From the NCBI GenBank assembly GCA_003314535.1, contig POSG01000012.1:5825-69824 (forward strand): a stretch of DNA of 64,000 nt, written 5' to 3'. Below, piece after piece: positions 38,486-48,450 of this stretch; position 1 is the stretch's first letter; each line of letters starts with the position of its first letter. Position numbers and translations under genes: made by a program. Source of the DNA: Geobacter sp. Lineage in GTDB: Bacteria > Desulfobacterota > Desulfuromonadia > Geobacterales > Geobacteraceae. The notes under the pieces are model-generated. The model was not told the DNA's origin. It saw nothing but the letters and a program-made list of their open reading frames with translations, and ran no database searches.

Positions 38486-41400
38486 TCATTCGTCCGTCGG
38501 AACTGGCAAAGCCTTGGCAGGTTCCGGAACGATTTTAACGAAGCCGGTCCGGCAGCGCGAAATGACCCCCTCCAGCCAGTCGGCCTCGTCATCCTGGTGG
38601 GAGTGGAGCAGCTCGCGGTGATACTGAAGAAGAAGCGATTCGACCTGTGTGATGTCTTCCTCCTCCAGGTCCAGTATCTCCACGTGCGCCCCCATCGCGA
38701 TTCGCGTTCGAAGCGCTTCCCTGGTCATCCCCATCCCCGGGTCGAGGCGGCAGAAAACTATTCCTCCCGTCATGCCGGAGCAGATCCATGGCCCAGGGTC
38801 GCCAAGCACCACCACGCGGCCGTCGGTCATGTACTCGAAAGCGAAGCCCTTGAGATTCGCCCGGTCCGCCAGGCAGCCGAGGGAATCCTCAAGGGGACTG
38901 CGGATGCGGCCCCCCAGCACCACGTCAGCACCGGAAAGCCTGATGCATGCCCTGCTGTCGGCGTCACCCTGGATTATGAATGTCCCGCCCAGCGCGCCGT
39001 ATGCCAGGCCTTTCCCCACCGAGCCGCCGACTCGCAGCCCGTTGCGGTTCTCCCCCTTGAGCACGACGATCCTGCCGCCGCTGGCCGATTTCCCCACCCC
39101 GTCCTGCGCGCCTCCTTCCACGTAGACGGTGATGCCTTTCGTGGAAAACGCCCCCAGCCCGTTGCCGGGTATGGAGTCGCGGCGGAAATGGAGGATCGCC
39201 TCGCGGTCTCCCGCCAACCGGCCTTCTCGCCTGGCGCGGATGACAGCCCCGGCCAGGTAGGTGCCGATGGCCCGGTCAGAACTGGATGCGCTGTCGTCGT
39301 CATAGTGCACCCGGTCGTCACCTCCGGCGAAGGCCTCGGTAACCAGCCCTGAAATCAGTGAAGTAAGATAATTGAGCGGCTTGCGGATTATGCGCACCGC
39401 ATCAGGGCTCCGCGCCACATCTCCTTTCTCCTGCGGCGCCAGGAGGCCTCCGAGGTCAAGGCAGTCGAAGCCCCTGTTCTGCTGGAGCAGGTGGGCTTTC
39501 CCCACCAGGTCCTGGGTTCGGTGGAATCCGAGCTTGGCAGTCAGGGTGCGGATTTCCCGCCCGAGAGCCCGGAAAAAAGTGGTCTGGTAGATGACCCCGT
39601 TCTCCAGGACACGGGGCACGAAGCGCTTCATTCCCCGTTCCCTGGCCTCTTCCAGCGTCTCGATCTGGGTGGCGATTCCCACGTGGCAGGTTCCCAGGTG
39701 GCAGCCGCGGCACACCGTGCAGCCGATGACCACCATGGCCATGGTGCCGAAGCCGACCCGGTTTGCGCCCAAGAGCATCAGCTTCACCACATCCCGGCCA
39801 GTCTTGGCGCCGCCGTCCGCCCAGATTTCCACCCGGGTACGCATACCCGCCTCCACCAGGGCGCAGTGGGCCTCCCTGACCCCGATCTCCACCGGAAAGC
39901 CGACGAACTTGACGGCATGCCTGCGCGCGGCGCCCGTGCCGCCATCGTAACCGCTGATGGTGATGATGTCGGCGCCTGCCTTCGCGATACCCAGGGCAAT
40001 GGTGCCGATTCCGGCGACCGCCGGAACCTTGACGGAAATCCTGGCGCGGGGGTTGGCAGTGCGCAGCTCTTCCACGATCTGCGCCAGGTCCTCTATGGAA
40101 TATATGTCATGATTGTTCGAGGGGGATATCAGGGTTACCCCCGGTGTCGAATGGCGGGCGGCGGCGATCTTTTCCGTCACCTTGAACCCGGGCAGGTGCC
40201 CGCCTTCCCCGGGCTTGGCTCCCTGGCCGACCTTGATCTCGAGGAAGTCCACAGAGTTCAGGTAGTCCATGGTTACCCCGAACCTGCCTGAAGCGATCTG
40301 CTGTCCCCGGTTGGCGCGGTATGCCCCGAGCATGTCCGCGATCTCCCCCCCTTCACCGTTCATGCACACGATGTTCAGCCTGCGCGCGGATTCGGCGTAG
40401 ATCCTGAACGGGGTCTCCCCCTGGGAACCGAAGCTCATGGCCGAGATCAGGATGGGCATGTCATGGGAGCCGACGCGCATGTCCACCTCCTCCGGGTCCA
40501 CCGAGACTTCCTCGCCGAAGCGGAAATCCGCAAGGTGCCGTATGGCTAGGGGGTGTTCCTCTTCGAGACGCCTCACGAGACGTGAAAACTCTGCGTAATT
40601 CTCTTCCATCTTGGCCACTTCCCCGGCGGTCTTCCAGATGCGCGGGTAGAGGCGGAACTGGGTTTCGACCGGCCGGGGCCTGCGACTCTGGGCAACAGCG
40701 CAACGGTCCCTCGCATCTGCCTCCAGCCGGGGAAAACCCAGGCCGGCCGTGCCGGAGCCGCAGAAATTCGGCGATGCGAAGATTTCCGCCAACTCGTCCG
40801 TCAGTCCGACCGAGGCGAAATACCTTCCATACCCCTTGATTTCATGGGTTCCCATGGTCGACATGACCTTTTCCAGGCCGCTTTTCAGGGCCGAGAGAAG
40901 ATTGGCGAGGCCGTTGCCGACCATGTCGGCCAGCTCCCACATCAGGTAGGGGCATAGCGCATCAGCGCCCATCCCCAGCAGGAAGGCGATATCGTGCAGG
41001 TTGCGGACCGCGCCGGAGCGGACCACGAGTGAAGCCCGGCGGCGCAGGCTCACTCCGTCGTCATCGGCCGTTTCCCTCAGGATCCGGTCCACTGTCGCCG
41101 TGGCCAGGGCGGGGTCGAGGAAGCCCGTGGAGCCGCGCAAGGCTGCGCTGTCATCCAGCAGGATGATCCTGCTTCCGCCGGAAACCGCGGCCACCGATTC
41201 GTCTGCGATCCTGCCGAGGCACTCGCGGATCGACTCTCCCGGAGGAAGTGCGCAGGAAACGGTCCGACAGCGGCGCCTGCCGGTCCCGAAAAATTCCAGC
41301 AACGACTCAAGGGAGCAGGTCCCCATCTCCCGGGCAAGTCTGCCGTCATCTTCGGAATGGCCACCCCGCCTTCCCCCGGTAAGGAGCGGGAAAGCAAGGG

Positions 41401-43021
41401 ATACCGCGGCCCGTCCACCCTTGCGCAGCATGGGACGGGGCCCCAGATACACCCTGGTGGAAAAATGCGCCGTTTCACGTTCGCGGTCGATTGCCGGGTT
41501 GGTCACCACTGCAACCTGCTCCTTGAAGTAGTCGGAAACGTTCTGCCTGGAAGTCGACAGCGCCGCCAGGGGACCGTCATAACCGAGCGAGGAAACCGGT
41601 TCCCTGCCGTTTTGCGCCATGAGGCGGAGCGATGCCAGGTCACTGGTCTTCCAGGCATTTGCAGCCAGCAGGTTTTCCTGCCTCAGCCCGGACGTCTTCC
41701 TGAAAGCCGGAACGCGCGCCCCGTCCGTGGGGAGAGCCGCTCCGTCCGCAAGCTCCAGTTCGTGTTTTTTCAGCCCGGTCCTGCGGGACATGGCAGAAAC
41801 CACTTCGCACATGTATTCATGATGCTCCAGGACCTGTACCGGTTTTCCCGGCTGCATCCGGATTCCCACCTTTTCACCCGGCGCCAGCGGCCTTGGATCG
41901 GAAAGGATTTCCCCGTGCGGCACCACACCCAGTTCGGATGAGGCGAAATACTCTTTCTCAGTCTCGCCGAACCAGAGAGGACGCAGGCCAAGGGCGTCGA
42001 CGCTGAAAACGCATTGCCCGCCACAGCGGGCTATGATCGCGGCAGGCCCCTGGGCGCTGGTCATGAAGAAACGGCGGAAAAACGTATAGGCGGACCCAAG
42101 CTCCGGCGACATGGCATCCAGTTCGCTGAAGATCGGGGGAAAAACCATCTCCATGGCCTCGAACAGGGAAAATCCGTAGAGGTGGATCAGTCCTTCCAGC
42201 GTGCGGTTCAAGTCCTGGGAATCGCTTCCTCCTGCCGGGATGCGGATGCCCATCATGCCGGACTCTTCACGAAACCGCTCGATGGTGTTGATTTCTCCGT
42301 TGTGACCGAGAAGGCCGAAGGGTTGGGCACGCAGCACCGTGGGCAGCGTATTGGTCGAATAGCGGCTGTGCCCGATGGTCAGCGCCGACAAGAAGTCGCG
42401 CCGCTTGAGGTCGGGGTAGTAGCGTGGAAGAATTTCCGGGGCGCCGTGAACCTTGTACACTACGCTGTCAGTTGACAGGGAGGCCACGTGTACCGGGAAT
42501 TCCTCTTCAAGAGACGCTGAGAGCCGGGACAGCAATCCCTGAGCCTGGCCGGACTCCGGGCAGCTGAGGGCAACCTGCCAGAAAAGCGGCTCGTCCCTTC
42601 GGGCGTTGGAGCCGAGGATATCGCTTCTGACCGGACCTGGACGCTCCAGGAGGACTTCCGTGTTGCTGCCCGCAAAGCGGCGGTGGACCCTGTCCAGGAG
42701 TGCGGGGTCGGAAGCAAGGGCATCACGGGGCACGAGAAGGTGCCCCACGGCGAAATTCGGCGCATCAGCCTGGGTGGAGTCCCTGCCGGCCTCTTCCAGG
42801 GCCTCTTTCCAGACGACCCGGGGAATATCGGTCAGGACACCGCAGCCGTCCCCCTCCCCGTTTATCTCCCCGGATCGGTGTCCCATCTTGACCAGCGCTT
42901 CGATGGTCCGCTGGAGATTGCCGTGAGTCGGCTTTCCCGCCTTGTTGCAGTAACAGATGATGGCGCAGGAATCGCGCTCATCCCGTAACGTAGGGCCGGT
43001 TCCGTTCCGTAAAAATTTCAT
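38486..43021 (-). CDS. gltB: Glutamate synthase large subunit (GATase-2 + central + FMN + GXGXG domains)
   Basis: About 1510 aa. FMN domain motifs are present (ISAMSFGS..., GEGGE, VKVP...GIG), and the C-terminal domain has repeated GxxGxG. The ATG at 43021 has GGAG 5 nt upstream. No gltD is adjacent. Confidence 0.88.
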   Translation of the reverse strand: MKFLRNGTGPTLRDERDSCAIICYCNKAGKPTHGNLQRTIEALVKMGHRSGEINGEGDGCGVLTDIPRVVWKEALEEAGRDSTQADAPNFAVGHLLVPRDALASDPALLDRVHRRFAGSNTEVLLERPGPVRSDILGSNARRDEPLFWQVALSCPESGQAQGLLSRLSASLEEEFPVHVASLSTDSVVYKVHGAPEILPRYYPDLKRRDFLSALTIGHSRYSTNTLPTVLRAQPFGLLGHNGEINTIERFREESGMMGIRIPAGGSDSQDLNRTLEGLIHLYGFSLFEAMEMVFPPIFSELDAMSPELGSAYTFFRRFFMTSAQGPAAIIARCGGQCVFSVDALGLRPLWFGETEKEYFASSELGVVPHGEILSDPRPLAPGEKVGIRMQPGKPVQVLEHHEYMCEVVSAMSRRTGLKKHELELADGAALPTDGARVPAFRKTSGLRQENLLAANAWKTSDLASLRLMAQNGREPVSSLGYDGPLAALSTSRQNVSDYFKEQVAVVTNPAIDRERETAHFSTRVYLGPRPMLRKGGRAAVSLAFPLLTGGRRGGHSEDDGRLAREMGTCSLESLLEFFGTGRRRCRTVSCALPPGESIRECLGRIADESVAAVSGGSRIILLDDSAALRGSTGFLDPALATATVDRILRETADDDGVSLRRRASLVVRSGAVRNLHDIAFLLGMGADALCPYLMWELADMVGNGLANLLSALKSGLEKVMSTMGTHEIKGYGRYFASVGLTDELAEIFASPNFCGSGTAGLGFPRLEADARDRCAVAQSRRPRPVETQFRLYPRIWKTAGEVAKMEENYAEFSRLVRRLEEEHPLAIRHLADFRFGEEVSVDPEEVDMRVGSHDMPILISAMSFGSQGETPFRIYAESARRLNIVCMNGEGGEIADMLGAYRANRGQQIASGRFGVTMDYLNSVDFLEIKVGQGAKPGEGGHLPGFKVTEKIAAARHSTPGVTLISPSNNHDIYSIEDLAQIVEELRTANPRARISVKVPAVAGIGTIALGIAKAGADIITISGYDGGTGAARRHAVKFVGFPVEIGVREAHCALVEAGMRTRVEIWADGGAKTGRDVVKLMLLGANRVGFGTMAMVVIGCTVCRGCHLGTCHVGIATQIETLEEARERGMKRFVPRVLENGVIYQTTFFRALGREIRTLTAKLGFHRTQDLVGKAHLLQQNRGFDCLDLGGLLAPQEKGDVARSPDAVRIIRKPLNYLTSLISGLVTEAFAGGDDRVHYDDDSASSSDRAIGTYLAGAVIRARREGRLAGDREAILHFRRDSIPGNGLGAFSTKGITVYVEGGAQDGVGKSASGGRIVVLKGENRNGLRVGGSVGKGLAYGALGGTFIIQGDADSRACIRLSGADVVLGGRIRSPLEDSLGCLADRANLKGFAFEYMTDGRVVVLGDPGPWICSGMTGGIVFCRLDPGMGMTREALRTRIAMGAHVEILDLEEEDITQVESLLLQYHRELLHSHQDDEADWLEGVISRCRTGFVKIVPEPAKALPVPTDE

Positions 43022-43249
43022 TTCCGCTCCCTTCTTCCTTCCCGCGCGAATCCATCCCACATGGCTTTGAATCTGGCGAAGGAAAGCTCTCCCCGCCGAA
43101 TGAATTCATCCTGGCATTCAGGTTATTGTGCGCTGATCCCAATAGCTGTACAATTCAAAACAATGTCCGCCAACAGGCAATCGTTATTGACGGTGACATT
43201 ACGATTCAATTTTGGCAGGAACAGTGTCCCGTTTCCCAAGGAGGTGTCC

Positions 43250-43597
43250 ATGAAAGGTTTTCTTCTCCGTTGGCTTATCAACTCGGTATCGCTTCTCGCA
43301 GTAGTCCACATCGTTGCCGGTGTCAGCGTCGACCGCTTGCTCACCACTGTCATCGCCGCACTGGTGATCGGACTGCTCAACGCCTTCATCCGCCCCATGC
43401 TCCTGATATTGACCCTGCCAGTGAACGTGCTTACCCTGGGGCTTTTCACCCTGGTCATAAACGGCTGCCTCTTCTACCTTGCCGCATGGCTTGTCAGGGG
43501 TTTCCATGTCACGGGATTCTGGACGGCATTTATCGGCGCACTGGTGTTCAGCATCATCAGCTGGTGTCTGAATCTGCTGATCAAGCCGACCCTCTGA
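43250..43597 (+). CDS. Phage-holin family IV / DUF360 membrane protein
   Basis: MKGFLLRWLINSVSLLAVVHIV... with 3-4 predicted TM helices. AGGAGG lies upstream of the ATG at 43250. Confidence 0.65.
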   Translation: MKGFLLRWLINSVSLLAVVHIVAGVSVDRLLTTVIAALVIGLLNAFIRPMLLILTLPVNVLTLGLFTLVINGCLFYLAAWLVRGFHVTGFWTAFIGALVFSIISWCLNLLIKPTL

Positions 43598-43698
43598 GCA
43601 ATGGACAAACGGCGGCTGATGGAACTAAGTGTACCAGATTATTCCCGCCTTCACTGTTATGTTGACGCCAGAGCCATTTTTATGGTCTACTTGACAAA

Positions 43699-44187
43699 AT
43701 GAAAAGTACCGCGTATCTGGCTCTCGGATCGAACATGGGCGACCGCGAGCTGAACCTTCTCAGAGCCGTGGCCGAGATAGGCAGGATTCCCGATGTGCGG
43801 ATAACCGCCCTGTCCGGGTTCTACGACACCGAGCCGGTGAGCCCGGTGCCACAGGATCCGTTCATAAACGCCGTGCTCCGCTGTGAAGTCTCAATGAGGC
43901 CTTATCAGCTCCTCGACGAGCTGCAGCGGATCGAAACAGAGGTGTTCAGGCGGAAAAGGGACGTTCCCCAAGGCCCCCGCACCATGGACCTGGACATATT
44001 GTTCTTCGACGATCTGGTGATCAGTGACATCAGGCTGACCATCCCCCATCCCCGACTCCACCAGCGCCGTTTCGTTCTGGTTCCCCTGTGTGAAATCGCT
44101 CCTGACCTGGTGCACCCCCTGATCTGCAGCAGTGTAAAGGAAATCCTCGAATCGCTGCCCGGGGAAGAACGGGTGGTCAGGGTTTAG
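43699..44187 (+). CDS. folK: 2-amino-4-hydroxy-6-hydroxymethyldihydropteridine pyrophosphokinase
   Basis: AYLALGSNMGD, GPRTMDLDIL and PHPRLHQRRFVLVPL motifs. Confidence 0.88.
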   Translation: MKSTAYLALGSNMGDRELNLLRAVAEIGRIPDVRITALSGFYDTEPVSPVPQDPFINAVLRCEVSMRPYQLLDELQRIETEVFRRKRDVPQGPRTMDLDILFFDDLVISDIRLTIPHPRLHQRRFVLVPLCEIAPDLVHPLICSSVKEILESLPGEERVVRV

Positions 44188-44203
44188 AAGCGCGGAGCAA
44201 AAC

Positions 44204-44458
44204 ATGCTGAGATTGTTGGTACTGGCAGCATTCGGTTACCTGGCGTTCCGCCTTGTCAGAAGCCTGCTGCGCAGGCATGAGATTCCCCGTCCCGCACAGG
44301 GCAGGGGGGTGGAAACCTTTCGCGATCCGGTGTGCGGCACGTATGTGACCATGGATGACGCGATCGTCGGAAGACTTGAAAACGGGGAGAAATTGTATTT
44401 CTGCTCCATGGAATGCCTGGACAGGTATCGTGAAAGCCTGGGGGATAAAAACACTTAA
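44204..44458 (+). CDS. YHS/TRASH-domain membrane-anchored protein
   Basis: N-terminal TM segment. DPVCGTYV...YFCSMECLDRY is the YHS motif. Confidence 0.7.
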   Translation: MLRLLVLAAFGYLAFRLVRSLLRRHEIPRPAQGRGVETFRDPVCGTYVTMDDAIVGRLENGEKLYFCSMECLDRYRESLGDKNT

Positions 44459-44479
44459 AAGCGAATCAGGAGGAAGGAA

Positions 44480-45124
44480 ATGAAGTTTTTCATCGACACG
44501 GCAGATGTCCGGGAAATCAGGGAAGCCAATGCTCTCGGAGTGCTCGACGGGGTCACGACCAACCCGTCCCTGGTTGCCAAGTCAGGCCGCAAGTTCATCG
44601 AAGTGATAAAAGAGATAACGGAGATCGTGGACGGTCCCATCTCCGCGGAAGTGGTGGCGCTGGACCATGAAGGAATGATCCGGGAGGCGGAGGAGCTCGC
44701 GGCAATCCATCCCAATATCGTCGTGAAGATACCCATGACGCCGGAAGGGCTGAAAGCCGTAAAAACCCTTCACGGAAAAGGGATCAGGACCAATGTCACC
44801 CTGATTTTCTCCCCGCTGCAGGCCCTTCTTGCCGCCAAAGCCGGGGCGTCGTATGTCTCCCCCTTCGTGGGCAGGCTGGACGACATATCCCAGGACGGCA
44901 TGGGGATCATCGAAGATATAAGAACCATCTTCGACAACTACGGCTACGAGGCGGAAATCATAGTGGCAAGCGTCCGCAACCCGATCCACGTGCTCAACGC
45001 CGCCTTGATCGGCGCGGATATAGCCACCATTCCATTCTCAGTCATCGCCCAGCTTTCCAAGCACCCGTTGACCGACATCGGCATAGACAAGTTCCTGAAG
45101 GACTGGGAAAAGGTGCCGAAGTAG
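44480..45124 (+). CDS. tal: Transaldolase family 3B / fructose-6-phosphate aldolase
   Basis: [13 protein letters not shown]...GVTTNPSL... and the active-site Lys in the VKIP context. 214 aa. Confidence 0.88.
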   Translation: MKFFIDTADVREIREANALGVLDGVTTNPSLVAKSGRKFIEVIKEITEIVDGPISAEVVALDHEGMIREAEELAAIHPNIVVKIPMTPEGLKAVKTLHGKGIRTNVTLIFSPLQALLAAKAGASYVSPFVGRLDDISQDGMGIIEDIRTIFDNYGYEAEIIVASVRNPIHVLNAALIGADIATIPFSVIAQLSKHPLTDIGIDKFLKDWEKVPK

Positions 45125-45168
45125 GGACCGGTGAATCGCCGTATCAGCTGATTGCGTGATACACTGTA

Positions 45169-45197
45169 GGGGCGGGTTTCCAACCCGCCCTTTTTTC
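45169..45197 (+). terminator. Intrinsic terminator after tal
   Basis: GGGCGGGTT-TCC-AACCCGCCC followed by TTTTTT. Confidence 0.8.
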
Positions 45198-45288
45198 ATT
45201 TTCGCATGCCGGCACAACCCTGTACCTCTCGCGAGTCCAGACAGACGAAAACATCATCACCCTCTCCATCAAGGGAGAGGGTGACTGC

Positions 45289-45308
45289 GCGCTGAAGCGC
45301 TTCGGCGC
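45289..45308. repeat. REP-like 20-nt palindromic unit GCGCTGAAGCGCTTCGGCGC (copy 1)
   Basis: Its exact reverse complement occurs at 57644-57663. Both copies are intergenic and each lies next to a separate hairpin. Confidence 0.55.
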
Positions 45309-45403
45309 TCAAGCGTGGGCTAAGCCCGGCTGAGGGGTGAACTGCCAACCGGCAGCAGATCGGATTTTGCGCGGCAACATTTTTCACACAGCGAGGGAAC
45401 ATC

Positions 45404-48067
45404 ATGACCGACACACCCCATGCCACAATTTACCGAAAGGACTATACTCCGCCCGACTTTCTGGTCGACACCATCGACCTCCTCTTCGAACTGGGCGAGG
45501 AAACCACACGGGTCCATTCCAAGCTCGCAGTCAGGGCGAACCCTGCTGCCGGGCCGGGAACGAAGCCGCTCCGCCTGGACGGTCAGCGGTGCGTTCTCAT
45601 AAAGCTGACCCTTGATGGGGCGGACCTGCCCGGCGACAAATATACGATCGACGGAGAAGGGCTGACCATCCCGGAAGTCCCGTCCGCCTTCAGCCTGGAA
45701 GTTACCACCGAACTCCGGCCCCAGGACAACACCTTCCTGGAAGGGCTGTACCGGTCGGGCGGCATGTTCTGCACCCAGTGCGAAGCGGAGGGGTTCCGTT
45801 CCATCACCTACTTCCCCGACCGGCCCGACGTGCTGGCGGTCTACACGGTGACCATCGCCGCCGACCGGCAAGGCTATCCGGTTCTGCTTTCCAACGGAAA
45901 CCTGAAGGAGAGCGGTGAATTGCCCGGCGGCCGCCATTACGCGGTCTGGAACGACCCGTTCCCCAAGCCCTGCTACCTGTTCGCCCTGGTGGCCGGTGAC
46001 CTGGTATGCACCGAAGGAAACTTCACCACCTGTTCCGGCAGGGAAGTGACCCTTCGCATCTTCGTCGAGGAAAGAAACCGGGACAAGTGCGGCCATGCCC
46101 TCCGCTCCCTGCAGAAGGCCATGCGCTGGGATGAAGAGACCTTCGGCCGCGAGTACGACCTGGACCTGTTCATGATCGTGGCAGTGGACGATTTCAACAT
46201 GGGCGCAATGGAAAACAAGGGACTGAACATCTTCAACTCCCGCTACGTGCTGGCCAGCCCGGAAACCGCCACCGACGACGACTACCGGGCCATCGAAGAG
46301 GTGGTCGGCCACGAATACTTCCACAACTGGACCGGCAACCGCATCACCTGCCGGGACTGGTTCCAGCTGTCCCTCAAGGAAGGGCTGACCATCTACAGGG
46401 ACCAGGAGTTCTCCGCAGACATGGAGTCCCGAGGGGTGAAACGGATCAGCGACGTGCGCCTTTTGCGCACCCACCAGTTCCCCGAGGACGGTGGTCCCAT
46501 GGCTCACCCGGTCCGTCCAGACTCCTACATGGAAATCAACAATTTCTATACCATGACTGTCTACAACAAGGGCTCCGAGTTGATACGCATGATGCGAACC
46601 ATTCTGGGAGCTGACGGTTTCCGCAGGGGCATGGATCTCTACTTCCAGCGGCATGACGGCCAGGCGGTCACTGTCGAAGATTTCGTCCGCGCCATGGAAG
46701 ACGGAGGAAAAAAGGAGTTGGGGCAGTTCCGCCTCTGGTACGAGCAGGCAGGCACCCCGATCCTTTCAGTCGACGGCAGTTTTGACAAGACAACGGGAAT
46801 CTTTACCCTGAAGGTCCGCCAGTCATGCCCGCCTACGCCGGGCCAACAGGAAAAGAAACCCTTCCACATCCCCCTTGCCATGGGACTCCTGGGCCGGGAT
46901 GGACGCGAGCTCCCCTGCAAGCTGGCCGGGGAAACAGCCCCGGGACCGGCTACCCGCATTCTCGAAATCCGGAATGCCGAAGAAACCTTCGTCTTCACCG
47001 GCCTGCCGTCCGAGCCGGTTCCGGCTCTCTTGAGAGGCTTCTCGGGCCCGGTCCGCCTCTCCTATCCGTGGAGCCGCGAAGACCTCGTGCTGCTGATGGC
47101 ACATGAAAAGGATCCGTTCTGCCGCTGGGAAGCCGGGCAGCAACTGGCGATCCAGCTCATGCTCGGACTGGTGGCGGACCTCCAGGCAGGCCGGGAATTA
47201 CGCCTCGATCCAGGTTTCGTTGCTGCTTTCAGGGAAACACTTGCCAGTGGAGAACATGACAAGGACTTCCTGGCAGAGGCGCTCACCCTGCCGTCCGAGG
47301 CCTACCTTTCGGATTTGATGAGTGTGGCCGATCCGGACGCTGTCCACCAGGCCCGCCAGTTTGTCCGCAAAAGCCTTGCAGAGCAGCTTCGCGCCGAATT
47401 CCTCGACGTCCGCGAGCAATGCCGCGGAACCGCGCCGTATGCCGTGGATGACGGCCGGGCAGGCAGGCGGCGGCTGGCGAACCTGTGCCTCTCCTACCTC
47501 ATGACCCTGGAAAAGCAGGAGATCATCGACCTGTGCCTCGGGCAGTTCCGGAGCGCGGACAACATGACCGACGTCATGGGCGCCCTGGTCCCGCTCGCTT
47601 CCTGCGACTGCCCGGAGCGGCCAGTTGCCCTGGACGAATTCTACGGGAAATGGCGGGACGACCGCCAGGTGGTGGACAAGTGGTTCTCCGTGCAGGCCTC
47701 CTCGACGCTTCCCGGAACCCTGGACGAAGTGACGCGGCTCCTGGAGCATCCTGCATTCGAGCTCACCAACCCCAACCGGTTCCGATCGCTGGTGGGGGTC
47801 TTTTCCCAGGCCAACCTGGTCCGCTTCCACGCCGCGGACGGCTCCGGATACAGATTTTTCGGCGGGCAGATGGTACGCCTCATCCCGGTCAACCCCCAGG
47901 TATCGGCCAGGCTCCTCACCCCGCTGACCCGCTGGCGGCGCTTCGACCCTGCGCGCCAGGCGATGATGCTCGATCAGCTGCGGCGCATCAAGGCGCTGCC
48001 CGATCTGCCGCGGGATGTGTTCGAAGTCGTGGAGAAGAGTTTGGCGGGAAGCGGGGATATCTCCTGA
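45404..48067 (+). CDS. pepN: Aminopeptidase N (M1 family)
   Basis: GAMENKGLNIFN and HEYFHNWTGNRITCRDWFQLSLKEG (HExxH-18-E) motifs. Confidence 0.92.
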   Translation: MTDTPHATIYRKDYTPPDFLVDTIDLLFELGEETTRVHSKLAVRANPAAGPGTKPLRLDGQRCVLIKLTLDGADLPGDKYTIDGEGLTIPEVPSAFSLEVTTELRPQDNTFLEGLYRSGGMFCTQCEAEGFRSITYFPDRPDVLAVYTVTIAADRQGYPVLLSNGNLKESGELPGGRHYAVWNDPFPKPCYLFALVAGDLVCTEGNFTTCSGREVTLRIFVEERNRDKCGHALRSLQKAMRWDEETFGREYDLDLFMIVAVDDFNMGAMENKGLNIFNSRYVLASPETATDDDYRAIEEVVGHEYFHNWTGNRITCRDWFQLSLKEGLTIYRDQEFSADMESRGVKRISDVRLLRTHQFPEDGGPMAHPVRPDSYMEINNFYTMTVYNKGSELIRMMRTILGADGFRRGMDLYFQRHDGQAVTVEDFVRAMEDGGKKELGQFRLWYEQAGTPILSVDGSFDKTTGIFTLKVRQSCPPTPGQQEKKPFHIPLAMGLLGRDGRELPCKLAGETAPGPATRILEIRNAEETFVFTGLPSEPVPALLRGFSGPVRLSYPWSREDLVLLMAHEKDPFCRWEAGQQLAIQLMLGLVADLQAGRELRLDPGFVAAFRETLASGEHDKDFLAEALTLPSEAYLSDLMSVADPDAVHQARQFVRKSLAEQLRAEFLDVREQCRGTAPYAVDDGRAGRRRLANLCLSYLMTLEKQEIIDLCLGQFRSADNMTDVMGALVPLASCDCPERPVALDEFYGKWRDDRQVVDKWFSVQASSTLPGTLDEVTRLLEHPAFELTNPNRFRSLVGVFSQANLVRFHAADGSGYRFFGGQMVRLIPVNPQVSARLLTPLTRWRRFDPARQAMMLDQLRRIKALPDLPRDVFEVVEKSLAGSGDIS

Positions 48068-48113
48068 TAAAGAATGGCTTCCAGTGCTTCGGTGCGGTAC
48101 GGAAAAGAGCTTT

Positions 48114-48281
48114 ATTAGAAATATTGACACATATCGTTACAATACGGTAATAAATCCAGACCCATGGTAGTTCATGAAAAGGTGTTCCGGGAGTCGCCAC
48201 GTGTTTTGCATCGCCGTGAAGAACGGATCTGGAAAAGGCCGCTTTCATCAGCCCGGAGCTGACGGAGGCGGCTTTTGTTTT
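48114..48281 (+). ncRNA. Candidate small transcription unit, copy 1 (promoter-like element, ~115-nt transcript, terminator); sRNA or 32-aa micro-ORF
   Basis: About 85 percent identical over the first ~78 nt to 59602-59678 by hand alignment. The terminator architecture is homologous. Contains TTGACA (48124) and TACAAT (48138). The hairpin at 48237-48272 is followed by TTTTGTTTT. Confidence 0.45.
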
Positions 48282-48450
48282 ACAGAGATGCGGAACCCGA
48301 ACATCAAGAATCTGTGACCATATGCCGATATGAATTCCAGCCCGCAGGGAAGGGTTTCCTAACCACTCCTTATTCGGAGCATAGTTTTTTCAAGGCCGGA
48401 ATCCGGGTCCTTATATTCCAGGAATGCCATCTTTAACACGGGAGAAACCA

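Noticed and set aside
38486-43021. The absence of an adjacent gltD small subunit as an anomaly worth reporting.
   Set aside because: Small-subunit genes can be encoded elsewhere, and large-subunit-only arrangements are common. Nothing in the sequence itself is unusual.
45320-46654. Long antisense or shadow ORFs in the track. Examples are 45320..46654(-), 25367..26764(+), 51190..52218(-), 28909..30021(+), 9578..10600(-), 10676..12097(-), 47198..48130(-) and 56336..57196(-).
   Set aside because: Each lies opposite a gene with unambiguous family motifs (pepN, rmuC, mtnA, pilT, fdnG, tkt). Their translations are low-complexity Arg/Gly/Pro/Ala-rich, which is typical of spurious ORFs in GC-rich DNA.
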